Shown: positions 50,375-59,070 of the stretch, piece by piece
Layout: each line of letters opens with the position of its first letter
How positions within the stretch are numbered: the first letter of the stretch is position 1
IMG/VR virus record: IMGVR_UViG_3300032053_000034
Coordinates: 17,376-81,375 of that record
DNA length: 64,000 nt
Reading direction: 5' to 3' (one strand)
Source of the DNA: a virus
Translations under genes and position numbers: made by a program
The notes under the pieces: model-generated
The model's input: only the letters and a program-made list of their open reading frames with translations
Databases searched by the model: none
What the model was told of the DNA's origin: nothing

Positions 50375-51337
50375 TTAAAATTTAAAATGTAAACTATTGA
50401 TTAAATTAATTGTTTTTGAGACTCCATTATCACGAATATAATCAGCAATGTCCTTCCATCCAAAAGAAGCATCTATGATTGCATAGGGTATACCTTCTTC
50501 ATTGTAATATCTTTCCATTGTCTTAATTCCTGCAGCATCATTGTCAAGAATACATACTACATGTTTGAACCTAGATCTCAACTCCCTTACTAAGCCTTCT
50601 GGTAAATTAGCAGACTCACTACATAGAGAAATAGCCCAAAAACCAAGTCTTCTCCAGACTAATACGTCTTTCATTGCCTTTGATATTACAAGTATATTTC
50701 CTGTTGGTGGTAATTGCTTATAACCCTGAATATCTGTAGCCCTAGTTGTTGAAAACCATTTGTAAGTAGAGAATGGCTGGTATATTTTATACTTGCCATT
50801 TATCCTATATCTAATTATAGGATTTGTGTCCCTATAAGACACCACTAACTCATTATTAAGCCAAACCCTTCTGGCTGGCTTAATATCATATTGTTCAAGA
50901 ATTTCTTTCGTGATATAATGTGACTCCCAATAACTGTAAAAACTTTGAGGAGTTTTATCAAAAAGCTCTACTTCAAGCTTTTTTTCAACTATTGGTTTTG
51001 GCTCTGGTTTTTGATAAACATCAGATAAACCAAAGTTGTTCCTTATATATTGTACTGCTTCATAGAAGGATAAACCTCCTCTTAATTCTGCCACTAATCC
51101 TACAGCACTGCCTGATTTCCCAGTACTAAAGCACTTCCACATGAGATGTGTTGCCTTTTGTTTAAACCTTAAACTTGGCGTTGAATCTCTTGTGAAAGGG
51201 CTTCTGTATGAGATTTTATCATTTGGCAAATAGCCTAGGACCTTAAAATAAATATCCATCTCAGATATTTGAGTGTATATGTCTACACAATCAATGGATG
51301 GCTTCCAATTATCTTGAGCAATTGCAAAATTATACAT
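50375..51337 (-). CDS. dnaG: DNA primase (DnaG-like, crAss type)
   Basis: Degenerate Zn-ribbon SPFTRDSTPS...WKCFSTG; TOPRIM ISKAMKDV...LDNDAAG; KDIAD. Confidence 0.85.
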   Translation of the reverse strand: MYNFAIAQDNWKPSIDCVDIYTQISEMDIYFKVLGYLPNDKISYRSPFTRDSTPSLRFKQKATHLMWKCFSTGKSGSAVGLVAELRGGLSFYEAVQYIRNNFGLSDVYQKPEPKPIVEKKLEVELFDKTPQSFYSYWESHYITKEILEQYDIKPARRVWLNNELVVSYRDTNPIIRYRINGKYKIYQPFSTYKWFSTTRATDIQGYKQLPPTGNILVISKAMKDVLVWRRLGFWAISLCSESANLPEGLVRELRSRFKHVVCILDNDAAGIKTMERYYNEEGIPYAIIDASFGWKDIADYIRDNGVSKTINLINSLHFKF

Positions 51338-51385
51338 GGCTTATGGAGTTTAAGCCTATGTACTTATAGGCTTGTTAGACCTAGA

Positions 51386-52186
51386 CTAGAATGGCAAGTC
51401 ATCTGCTCCTGCTTGAGCAAAGATATTCACTTCTCCTGATGGAGCAACTGCAGTAGCTTCAGGAGTTGTAATTGGACTTGCTGCTACTGACATTGCAACT
51501 GGAGCATTAGATGGTGCTAATGTTGTTGCAGTATTTGAAGCAAATGTTGAAGGTCTGTCATCTTCTGCAAGTTCAACACCTGATTTCTTAGCAAGACCTT
51601 CTTTTTCTTCATTGTATTTCATAACAGTAGGAACATCTACACATTCTGCAAAGCCACTATAGTAGCTTGGAATTTGTGGAAATTTACCATCCTGATCAGC
51701 AATGAATTTCAATCTTAATTTTTTGTTTGCAGCGCCTTCTCTTGGAGCAAAACCTCTCTTGATATACTCAGCAAACTCAGCAGTTGTAGAACCAGGGAAA
51801 CCCTTGATATAAGTTTCAACTCTTTCTTGAGCAACAGCAGGAGCCATTGCTCTTAAGATATGAAAAATTCTGTTTATTTGGCCTTCAAATTTCTTAGGGT
51901 CAACATGGAAGGGCTCATACAAGCTAATAACCGTAATTGCACCTCTTGACTCATTACCAGCAATTGTTTTTTCAACCTGAAGAACAATTCTTGTTTGTTC
52001 TTTTGTAAAGCTTACTAGTGGGCCATCATTCTCCCCTTTAGTAAGTTCTTTTTTTCTTTCATTCCTTACTGAATCACCTATTGGTTGATAGTAAACATCC
52101 AGCACTGTTAATTCGTGAATACCAGTATTGATATATCTTACTGCTGGAGCGTCTTTTGCGTCTTTGAAATTATATGGATTAGCCAT
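51386..52186 (-). CDS. Single-stranded DNA-binding protein
   Basis: 266 aa; Ala/Pro/Thr linker and terminal DDLPF, like the bacterial SSB C-tail; lies in the replication block. Confidence 0.7.
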   Translation of the reverse strand: MANPYNFKDAKDAPAVRYINTGIHELTVLDVYYQPIGDSVRNERKKELTKGENDGPLVSFTKEQTRIVLQVEKTIAGNESRGAITVISLYEPFHVDPKKFEGQINRIFHILRAMAPAVAQERVETYIKGFPGSTTAEFAEYIKRGFAPREGAANKKLRLKFIADQDGKFPQIPSYYSGFAECVDVPTVMKYNEEKEGLAKKSGVELAEDDRPSTFASNTATTLAPSNAPVAMSVAASPITTPEATAVAPSGEVNIFAQAGADDLPF

Positions 52187-52222
52187 TATTTGTAATTGTA
52201 ATTTAGTGAGATTATATTAATT

Positions 52223-52262
52223 AAAAATGTCACATGACTCTGTATAGAGAGCCATGTGACTT
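52223..52262 (-). terminator. Probable terminator
   Basis: GTCACATG...CATGTGAC stem with an A-run on + (U-run on -), after 52275..52694. Confidence 0.65.
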
Positions 52263-52274
52263 GATTTTTTGATC

Positions 52275-52694
52275 CTAGAAATCAGCTTCAGGAAGAGCTT
52301 GTGCTTGAACAGAAGTAACTTCTTGAATAGTTGTATCAAAAACTTCAACAGCAACTTCTACAGCTTCTTGAGCATGATTAACTACGGCTTCCCCTACTGG
52401 AATTGCTTCCGAAGTTTCAAACAAATCTAATTGATTAGCTGGAACTTCATCATCTTCAAATACAAACTGAGGTTCTTGAAAGCTTCTGATCTTAAAACCA
52501 CAAGCCTTAAGGGCTTTGCGCATTTGTGCTTCACAAAGTTCATATTTATCAATAAAATACTGGATCTTTTTACCATCCTGAATTTCTTGAGCAAGAACAG
52601 CTTTAACAAGTTTTACCTTTTCTTTAACTACTTTTGGAGTTTTTACTTTAACTGCAACTGCAGCAACTTCTTGATTTTGTGCCTCTTGTGACAT
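52275..52694 (-). CDS. Small HTH-like protein with beta-clamp-binding motif QLDLF
   Basis: IQYFIDKYELCEAQMRKAL is HTH-like; QLDLF at 52419-52433 sits in an acidic linker. Confidence 0.55.
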   Translation of the reverse strand: MSQEAQNQEVAAVAVKVKTPKVVKEKVKLVKAVLAQEIQDGKKIQYFIDKYELCEAQMRKALKACGFKIRSFQEPQFVFEDDEVPANQLDLFETSEAIPVGEAVVNHAQEAVEVAVEVFDTTIQEVTSVQAQALPEADF

Positions 52695-52765
52695 GATATG
52701 TGTATTTAAAACTAGAAATGATGAATAGATTTTTACGTAAAATATTGACTACAGGAGAGTAGTGA

Positions 52766-53446
52766 TTAAGACATGACAGTTATCTGTGGTTCACCAGTGT
52801 CAGAGACTTTATATGCTACATTTTTAGCATCAGCCATCTCTGAAACTTCATAGATACCCATCATAATATCTGGTGCAACTCTTCTTGCTCCCATTGAATA
52901 GCATCTTGCATAAAGCATAGACTTCATGTATTTTTTCCAATTGTCTTTTCCAGCTAAATCTGCAGCCATAGCTTCTTTCATAGTGAAAGTACAATCTTCC
53001 TCTACCACTTGTCTAAGAGCATTACTATATCTGTAAAATCTAATTGTTGTGACATAATCACAGATAGCGCCAGCACTGTTAAGTACAGGTTCAGCATCTT
53101 TGATTGTCTTAGAAACAATACCTTTATTTCTTATCAATCCTGCAATAGCCCAAAGGCCCAAGCATGGTTTACCAGAAATAAAGTAAATATTTTGCAATGA
53201 AACCATTGCTTTTAATCCCAATTCTCTTCCTTGTAAAATCGTAGCAACAACTGCTTCAGCTGACTTAAAGGAAGGCGGGAAGAATCCAGGTGTTTTAAAA
53301 ACAACTGTAGCAAAAGCTGTAATTTTATCAAGAGTGTCTAACTTGTCAATAGTGTCTACAGAGATAGTCTCTTCACTATTTACTCTTACTATTTCATTTG
53401 GTACTGCATTACTTGATGCATGTACAATAGTCAATTCATTTTCCAT
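52766..53446 (-). CDS. RecT-like ssDNA annealing protein
   Basis: GRELGL..M.SLQNIYFISGKP and NWKKY.KSML.AR motifs. Confidence 0.75.
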   Translation of the reverse strand: MENELTIVHASSNAVPNEIVRVNSEETISVDTIDKLDTLDKITAFATVVFKTPGFFPPSFKSAEAVVATILQGRELGLKAMVSLQNIYFISGKPCLGLWAIAGLIRNKGIVSKTIKDAEPVLNSAGAICDYVTTIRFYRYSNALRQVVEEDCTFTMKEAMAADLAGKDNWKKYMKSMLYARCYSMGARRVAPDIMMGIYEVSEMADAKNVAYKVSDTGEPQITVMS

Positions 53447-53448
53447 TC

Positions 53449-54573
53449 TTAATGGTGTGTTAGGTTTAATGTTTCATCGCGCCCTATATTTGCCAATACA
53501 TTATAATGGAATGATGTCATAGCTGAGGATTCTGGTATTTCTACAAAGAAACTTGCCTCACCTATATACCCATAACCAGTCATAATATTGGCCCTGCCAT
53601 ACCTATTTTTCATTATACCAATAATTCTAAATCTATCCTTCATTTCTGCTATTTTATAACCGGCAAATTCCGGAATGCCATAATCAAATGGATTAAAGCC
53701 ATAAATAACAACATCTGAGGATTCAAATAGGTTACCAGTATCTTTCAAATCTGCTGGGCCAGGTACAAGAAGTTCATAGTTCTTCTTGTGACTAGTATGC
53801 ATCTGTCTTTCAGCTCCTTCAAGAGATCTGTTTAATTGAGAAAGAACACACCAAGATAGCATAAGTTTGTTTCTTGAATATACCATTTTTTCGCACATCA
53901 AGTCAATCTTTTCTTTATTACTTCTTGCTTCTTGTTCCTTCTTTAAACAGCCTGAGTGATCTATAATTAGTTGCCTTACTTGTCTTGGATTATTTGGAAC
54001 ATATAACCACCTATATTTAAGTGGGTCATCATGTTCACACTCACTACCATCCCTTTTGTAATAAACTTTTCTACCGCTTTCAAGAGCAAACTCCTCCGCC
54101 CTTTTAGAGATTCCTGTAGGGTTTGTTGGCTCATCAATAAATTCTATAATCTCCTCAAGCCTCTCAAAATATTCAGCATAAGACTCTATCAGAGCTAATA
54201 TATTAGAAGGCAAGGTTTGTCCAGGAGTACTAGAGAACATTATATCTGGGCTAATCAAAATCCTGTAATCAGCATATAACTTCATTGAGATGAGTTTTGC
54301 AATTACAGATACCATGTCAATTTCTAGTGTATAAAATATACACTTATAGTCAGTGGTTGAATCCCTAATATAAGCTTCATAAGGGGAAAAGATATACATG
54401 TAAATGGCAAGAGTTGTCTTGCCAACTCCACTACCAGCGCAGATTGTGGTTATCCTTTTGGGTTGAATATTTGGAATAAACCTTGAGACTTTGTTGAGTC
54501 CAAAATTTACACCCTTATTGTGACCTTGTAAACCTTGTCTTATTCTTGCAAGAGTATCCGTAAAGGCGCTCAT
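53449..54573 (-). CDS. dnaB: DnaB-like (SF4) replicative helicase
   Basis: AGSGVGKTT, FYTLEI, IIDH, LSQLNR, DLKDTG, KNRYG. Confidence 0.9.
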   Translation of the reverse strand: MSAFTDTLARIRQGLQGHNKGVNFGLNKVSRFIPNIQPKRITTICAGSGVGKTTLAIYMYIFSPYEAYIRDSTTDYKCIFYTLEIDMVSVIAKLISMKLYADYRILISPDIMFSSTPGQTLPSNILALIESYAEYFERLEEIIEFIDEPTNPTGISKRAEEFALESGRKVYYKRDGSECEHDDPLKYRWLYVPNNPRQVRQLIIDHSGCLKKEQEARSNKEKIDLMCEKMVYSRNKLMLSWCVLSQLNRSLEGAERQMHTSHKKNYELLVPGPADLKDTGNLFESSDVVIYGFNPFDYGIPEFAGYKIAEMKDRFRIIGIMKNRYGRANIMTGYGYIGEASFFVEIPESSAMTSFHYNVLANIGRDETLNLTHH

Positions 54574-54578
54574 GGTAT

Positions 54579-55181
54579 TTAGATACTTGTTTTGTTACTG
54601 ATAAATGAAGATGTATCTCCACCTATTAAATCAGGTAAAGATGTCCACATAGAATCAAGTACAAAATGTCTAAATGCAAAATTAATTAATCCTAATTCAT
54701 TGGCCTGTTTCAGGTCTGCAATAATCTTGTCGTGGACAGTTTTGGATGCATTAATCTTTTTTAGATATAATTCACAAAGCATTTGCTGGTCATAATAAAT
54801 GCCACCAATATTTTCACCTTTCATTAGTGGAGTTGTTCTTCCATTAATTACTGTGGTTTTTGGGTATGCACCCAATAATTCTCTGAACATAGTGTCAGGA
54901 TCAGATAAGAATCTTTCCTTGAATAAAGGATGAGGTAATATGTCAGCAAAGGCAACTTTGCCACTTCTGTCAATTAATCTCCCATCAATTACTTTGCAAG
55001 TAACTGCTTCATCTATTGTCTCCCTTAAAACACCAAGTTTACCTTTGTTCTTGAGAAGTGAATTTAAACATCTTAAAGAGTCTTCATCACTTCTGTTTGA
55101 ACAATATGCCAAAAAAAGAACATCTAATGAGCTTATTTTGGTTTCTTCTAGGATTTCTCTTATAGCTTCTACATCAAACAT
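54579..55181 (-). CDS. Replication-associated protein (possible helicase loader/initiator)
   Basis: 200 aa between two helicases; F.ELL.AYP motif as in the C-termini of phage replication proteins. Confidence 0.45.
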   Translation of the reverse strand: MFDVEAIREILEETKISSLDVLFLAYCSNRSDEDSLRCLNSLLKNKGKLGVLRETIDEAVTCKVIDGRLIDRSGKVAFADILPHPLFKERFLSDPDTMFRELLGAYPKTTVINGRTTPLMKGENIGGIYYDQQMLCELYLKKINASKTVHDKIIADLKQANELGLINFAFRHFVLDSMWTSLPDLIGGDTSSFISNKTSI

Positions 55182-56487
55182 GTAATATATTGGTTTTAAA
55201 ATCGTTTACCAATTCAGTAACCGAATTAAAATTTGTTACCCTCTTCCCTTTTTGGCAACGCTTTAACCAATCTACATCCTTGGTTCCTTGAACTATCACA
55301 TTGATAATTAAGGATTTTACATTTTCATTGAACCTAGTTCCCCTGGCTTCCCTTTGCTCTGCCTTTTCTTTTACAGAATCTCTTCCATAAATGATAGTAG
55401 TATCAACACCTGGTACATCTAACCCTAAATCTGCCATTCTCACAGTATTCATGCAGGTAAGTTCTCCAGTTCTAAGCATAGATACATAGAGTTTGCGCAA
55501 TTTTGAAACTGGACAAAGAACATATTCAAGGTCTGGATTACACCTTATTCTGTGTTGTCTAAGAACTGCTTGCCTAACCATTACAGATTGTAAATTACCA
55601 TGTAAAGCTTTAGAGCCATGTATCATAGTAGTAAGTGAATCTGCAGGTGCGGTAAGCATTCCAAAGGTAATAATTTTTCTATTTGGTAATTCATTCACCA
55701 ATTGTGCAACTGCTCTCAGTTTGGCTTTTGAAGAATGAATTAAAGCAATTCTCTTTGACATAGCATCTCTCCATACATTTGCCTTTGTGTTTAGGTTTCT
55801 TGCCAAGTCTATTTCAAGCATCCCAGGAGCCACCATATTGTTTCTCTGCACAAATTGCAAGGCTCCAGCAAGTGTAGTTGAATCCATAGCAACATTAAAT
55901 TCTGAATGAAAATGAGCAAAACAATCTTCACAAAGTTCATGTACTTTATTGTAATCTCTCATTTCTTCTTCACCCATCTCTACAAATAAATTGTATTCAG
56001 TTGGAACATTGATCCACCCATTTCTTTCTGCCTCTCTTTTTGTTATTTTAACAATCAATGGAAAGACATGCTGTAAAACTGCAGAGCAAGCAGGAGTGAT
56101 GGTTCCAGACATTCCGATAAAGTATGGAGATTTTACTAGTTCAAATATTTTGCTAAATTCTGGTCCTCTGTAAACACAATGTACCTCATCTATTATGCAG
56201 ATATGAGTTGTTACAAAATCTGTACCCTGAATGATCCCATTGATTACTCTTACTACAAAATTAGTCACCCCATTTTCTGTGAGTTTTTCTTCCCACTGAT
56301 CTTTGAGTTCATGTGTAGGCACAACAATTGTAGTTGTATAGTGAGGCCTCATTAGGAGAACAAACTTTATAAACTTTATTGCAGTTGTGGTTTTCCCAAA
56401 ACCAGGACATATATCCCAGAATCCTCTACCTCTATTTGCAACAGTTATATCTACAATCTCCTCTTGTTTTGCGTTTTTACTAATCAT
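55174..56487 (-). CDS. Superfamily 2 (DExH) helicase
   Basis: PGFGKTT, IIDEVH, MSGT, LGLDVP, QREARGTR. Confidence 0.88.
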   Translation of the reverse strand: MISKNAKQEEIVDITVANRGRGFWDICPGFGKTTTAIKFIKFVLLMRPHYTTTIVVPTHELKDQWEEKLTENGVTNFVVRVINGIIQGTDFVTTHICIIDEVHCVYRGPEFSKIFELVKSPYFIGMSGTITPACSAVLQHVFPLIVKITKREAERNGWINVPTEYNLFVEMGEEEMRDYNKVHELCEDCFAHFHSEFNVAMDSTTLAGALQFVQRNNMVAPGMLEIDLARNLNTKANVWRDAMSKRIALIHSSKAKLRAVAQLVNELPNRKIITFGMLTAPADSLTTMIHGSKALHGNLQSVMVRQAVLRQHRIRCNPDLEYVLCPVSKLRKLYVSMLRTGELTCMNTVRMADLGLDVPGVDTTIIYGRDSVKEKAEQREARGTRFNENVKSLIINVIVQGTKDVDWLKRCQKGKRVTNFNSVTELVNDFKTNILHV

Positions 56488-56794
56488 ACCAAGGCTCTAT
56501 ATCATCTACTGTTATACCACCAAGATGTAAGCCCTTGTCATTTTCTGGATCTTCACCACCAACACCTGTTTTAATTACAACAAATGTTACTTGGCGGTGT
56601 TTTGGATCTTCATGATCAGGGTCAGATCCTATATACCCAGCTATAAAGCATTGATTGTTGGAAGATTTTAGTCTATAGTTTCCTGGGGGAAATTTAACCA
56701 TCACTTCCTGAATCTTAGGTGGAGACTTTTTATAGAAGTCAGAGTTCTTTAAGGCTTCAAGTTTTAGCTTTTCAGCTTCCATTCTACTTCCCAT
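56480..56794 (-). CDS. Hypothetical protein
   Basis: 104 aa, overlaps both neighbours. Confidence 0.55.
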   Translation of the reverse strand: MGSRMEAEKLKLEALKNSDFYKKSPPKIQEVMVKFPPGNYRLKSSNNQCFIAGYIGSDPDHEDPKHRQVTFVVIKTGVGGEDPENDKGLHLGGITVDDIEPWYD

Positions 56795-57125
56795 CTTCAG
56801 TTTCTTCTACAGGTTCTGAATCAACAGTAACTGCAATTTGATCTGCAGCCCACATAAGAATACATTTCTCACCCATGTGAATAACTTCTGAACCACAACC
56901 TTGATTAAACAAGATTTTATCTCCAGGCTTGCAATAAATTAATCTATCTGCAATTGGAGTACCGATAGCAACCACTGTTCCAGCTGTAGGCTTAACATAA
57001 TGTGCTCCTGGAGTAAATATGCCACCTGCAGTTTTATCTTGCACTGGTGCTGGTTTTACAAGGATTCTTGGTCCTACTGGAGTTACAGCAGTTTCAATTT
57101 GTTTGTAGGTTTTCGCCTTTTCCAT
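56784..57125 (-). CDS. groES: GroES-like co-chaperonin
   Basis: PVGPRILVKP, mobile loop KTAGGIFTP, GTVVAIG, KPGDKILF. Confidence 0.9.
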   Translation of the reverse strand: MEKAKTYKQIETAVTPVGPRILVKPAPVQDKTAGGIFTPGAHYVKPTAGTVVAIGTPIADRLIYCKPGDKILFNQGCGSEVIHMGEKCILMWAADQIAVTVDSEPVEETEDGK

Positions 57126-57154
57126 ATATGTATGTAATTTAGTATTGCAAGGTA

Positions 57155-57189
57155 AGAAAAAAGCTCATAACATAGTTACAAGCTTTTCT
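57155..57189 (-). terminator. Probable terminator
   Basis: - strand AAAAGCTTGTAAC-TAT-GTTATGAGCTTTTTT. Confidence 0.6.
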
Positions 57190-57220
57190 GGTAATAATTA
57201 ACGCCCAAAATATTAATGGT

Positions 57221-57369
57221 CAGCTAATGGGTGTGCTATTACGCCAAATCTCACTACTTATTTATCCAGGCCAAATTCTACACGCTTTTACCATGTGGAA
57301 TTAAATGACGTTGGTAAGGGAGAACTCTTTAAATGGTGAGTGCTGCCAACCCTACATTCCCATTAGCTG
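57221..57369 (-). ncRNA. Candidate rod-like structured ncRNA
   Basis: 11-bp perfect terminal inverted repeat CAGCTAATGGG/CCCATTAGCTG with nested inner pairings; intergenic and followed by a terminator. Confidence 0.45.
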
Positions 57370-57374
57370 TTATC

Positions 57375-57938
57375 TTAAGCTTTCACTTCAAGATTATGTT
57401 CCATTGTAAGAAACTCGTCTATATAGTGAAACTTCATTTCTGCATTTTTTGCCAATCCTTCATCTTCTGGTCTATCACCAACCATGATACTATTATCCCA
57501 GTCAATAATGAAACCTTCAATCCAAGCATTTTTCTCTGCTTCACAAAGCATTCCAATATTAGGCTTTCTTGCTAAAGACCTGTGGTTATATGGTTCTACA
57601 CTACCATTAGGCTCAAAAGGACATACCTGAATATTCCAGAAAGGATTTTTCTCAAATAACTCAACAGTTGCATAAAGTTCTTTTTCCATAGTTTCAAGAT
57701 TCTTGAAGCCATGAGCAATTCCACCTTGATTACTAACACCAAGAATTATCCAACCAGCATCTTCGTATTTGTGAAGTATTTCTTCAATACCTGGCATCAA
57801 CATGATGTCATTTTCATCCTTGATAAATTCTTCACCAGTTTTACTTTTTCTTACAGTACCATCAAGGTCTAAGAAAAGGGCATTTATTAGCACTGGCGTT
57901 CCAGAGCTGTAGTCACTTGCATCTCTACCTAATTCCAT
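57375..57938 (-). CDS. HAD-IIIA phosphatase (GmhB/HisB/polynucleotide 3'-phosphatase-like)
   Basis: FLDLDGTV, VSNQGGI, RKPNIGM, MVGDRPED; start set at ATG 57938. Confidence 0.85.
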   Translation of the reverse strand: MELGRDASDYSSGTPVLINALFLDLDGTVRKSKTGEEFIKDENDIMLMPGIEEILHKYEDAGWIILGVSNQGGIAHGFKNLETMEKELYATVELFEKNPFWNIQVCPFEPNGSVEPYNHRSLARKPNIGMLCEAEKNAWIEGFIIDWDNSIMVGDRPEDEGLAKNAEMKFHYIDEFLTMEHNLEVKA

Positions 57939-57942
57939 TCTA

Positions 57943-58170
57943 TTATTTGTTTTTAAGGTTTTCAAAATATTCTTTTGGATGTGGTTTTTCACAATGAGTA
58001 CATAATTTCTTACATGGTTCATAACCATTGTATTCATTAAGACATAAGAAAACCCCATCATCACTCCCTGCTGAAGGAAAGTTCACTTTAGGTGAAGGGT
58101 TTGGGTTTATTCCTGATGGATCTTCTCCATTAGCAATAGCCCATGCTTCAATTGATGCATATATTGTCAT
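57943..58170 (-). CDS. Small Cys-rich hypothetical protein
   Basis: C-x9-C-x3-C-x2-C possible zinc site; start set at ATG 58170. Confidence 0.5.
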   Translation of the reverse strand: MTIYASIEAWAIANGEDPSGINPNPSPKVNFPSAGSDDGVFLCLNEYNGYEPCKKLCTHCEKPHPKEYFENLKNK

Positions 58171-58248
58171 CCTATTAGAGTTTAGAGTTAATAAAAAACC
58201 TTGCAACATAATCACAAGGTTTTATGGTAATAATCGGTTTTCAATTAA

Positions 58249-58605
58249 CTATGCAATAGACTTTAATAGTAACCACTTACTGAATGATTCTTTATTTTGA
58301 TATACATGCTTACTAGCTTTTTTTATACCAATGTTTGTCGCCAAGCCTAAACTATGAATAGCAAAATCTGTGATTAGCTGATTCACTTCTAATTGATTAG
58401 GCTTTTTAGAGAAATCTTTAAAAAGATTAGAGGCAAGGTAGTGTCTGTAATCAAGAGCAATTGGGCCCTTTTTCTTTTTAATACCCGGAACTACTATTCT
58501 TTTTTTATCAACCATTGTTCTTGGGAATCCTTGACCTTCACCAAGCCATTCACCTGTAATTCCATCAAAATCACCATTGATGATTGCATCAGCACATTCT
58601 CCCAT
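58249..58605 (-). CDS. Hypothetical phage protein
   Basis: 118 aa; N-terminus MGECADAIINGD...GEWLGEG.GFPR. Confidence 0.6.
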   Translation of the reverse strand: MGECADAIINGDFDGITGEWLGEGQGFPRTMVDKKRIVVPGIKKKKGPIALDYRHYLASNLFKDFSKKPNQLEVNQLITDFAIHSLGLATNIGIKKASKHVYQNKESFSKWLLLKSIA

Positions 58606-58827
58606 TTTATAATATTTAATGATTTAAAATCTTAACTGTGTGGGCAATGCACTCCGGCATGCCCACAACTATCCTACCAGTATTGGCAATGCCATCTTAG
58701 GATTAGATAGTACTTTTCAGTCAGTTTATCTTTGCTGTGCACATAAACCACTGGCTATATGCAATTATCATTCAGGAAGGGCTATTAATAGCGTCCCTTT
58801 ATTGATAATACCCTTGGGTCAGCCTTG

Positions 58828-58898
58828 TAAGGAGAGTGGGATTCGAACCCACAACCAAGGTGTCTTTATACCTCGCTCTACCCTTGAGCTATCTCCTT
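58828..58898 (-). tRNA. tRNA-like gene with non-canonical anticodon arm (identity undetermined)
   Basis: Acceptor AAGGAGA/TCTCCTT, D-arm GCTC-AAGGGTA-GAGC and T-arm GTGGG-TTCGAAT-CCCAC are all perfect; anticodon arm AGGT-ATAAAGAC-ACCT has an 8-nt loop; no encoded CCA. Confidence 0.7.
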
Positions 58899-58977
58899 AA
58901 CCACTTATTACTTCTTAATAGCCTCTTGATTAATCAGAAACACACTCTTCACAATGTTTTAAAGATTTAAAATCTAT

Positions 58978-59063
58978 CCAGTAGCCCTGACTAGCTGTAA
59001 TAGGACGGTAATATTCCTTACATTTCTTAACCGGGTCAGTGTCACTGAAGTTTGGGCTACTGG
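58978..59063 (-). ncRNA. Candidate structured RNA / long hairpin
   Basis: 10-bp perfect inverted repeat CCAGTAGCCC/GGGCTACTGG with inner stems. Confidence 0.35.
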
Positions 59064-59070
59064 GGTTTCT

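Noticed and set aside
57939-58064. N-terminal extension of the HAD phosphatase ORF
   Set aside because: It overlaps the upstream Cys-rich gene; ATG 57938 follows that gene's stop and fits the domain start.
58640-58900. 86-aa + strand ORF
   Set aside because: Antisense to the local transcription direction, non-ATG start, and overlaps the tRNA-like element and hairpins.
57130-59070. CRISPR mini-array or direct-repeat array in the intergenic regions
   Set aside because: Only inverted repeats were found; there are no regularly spaced direct repeats.
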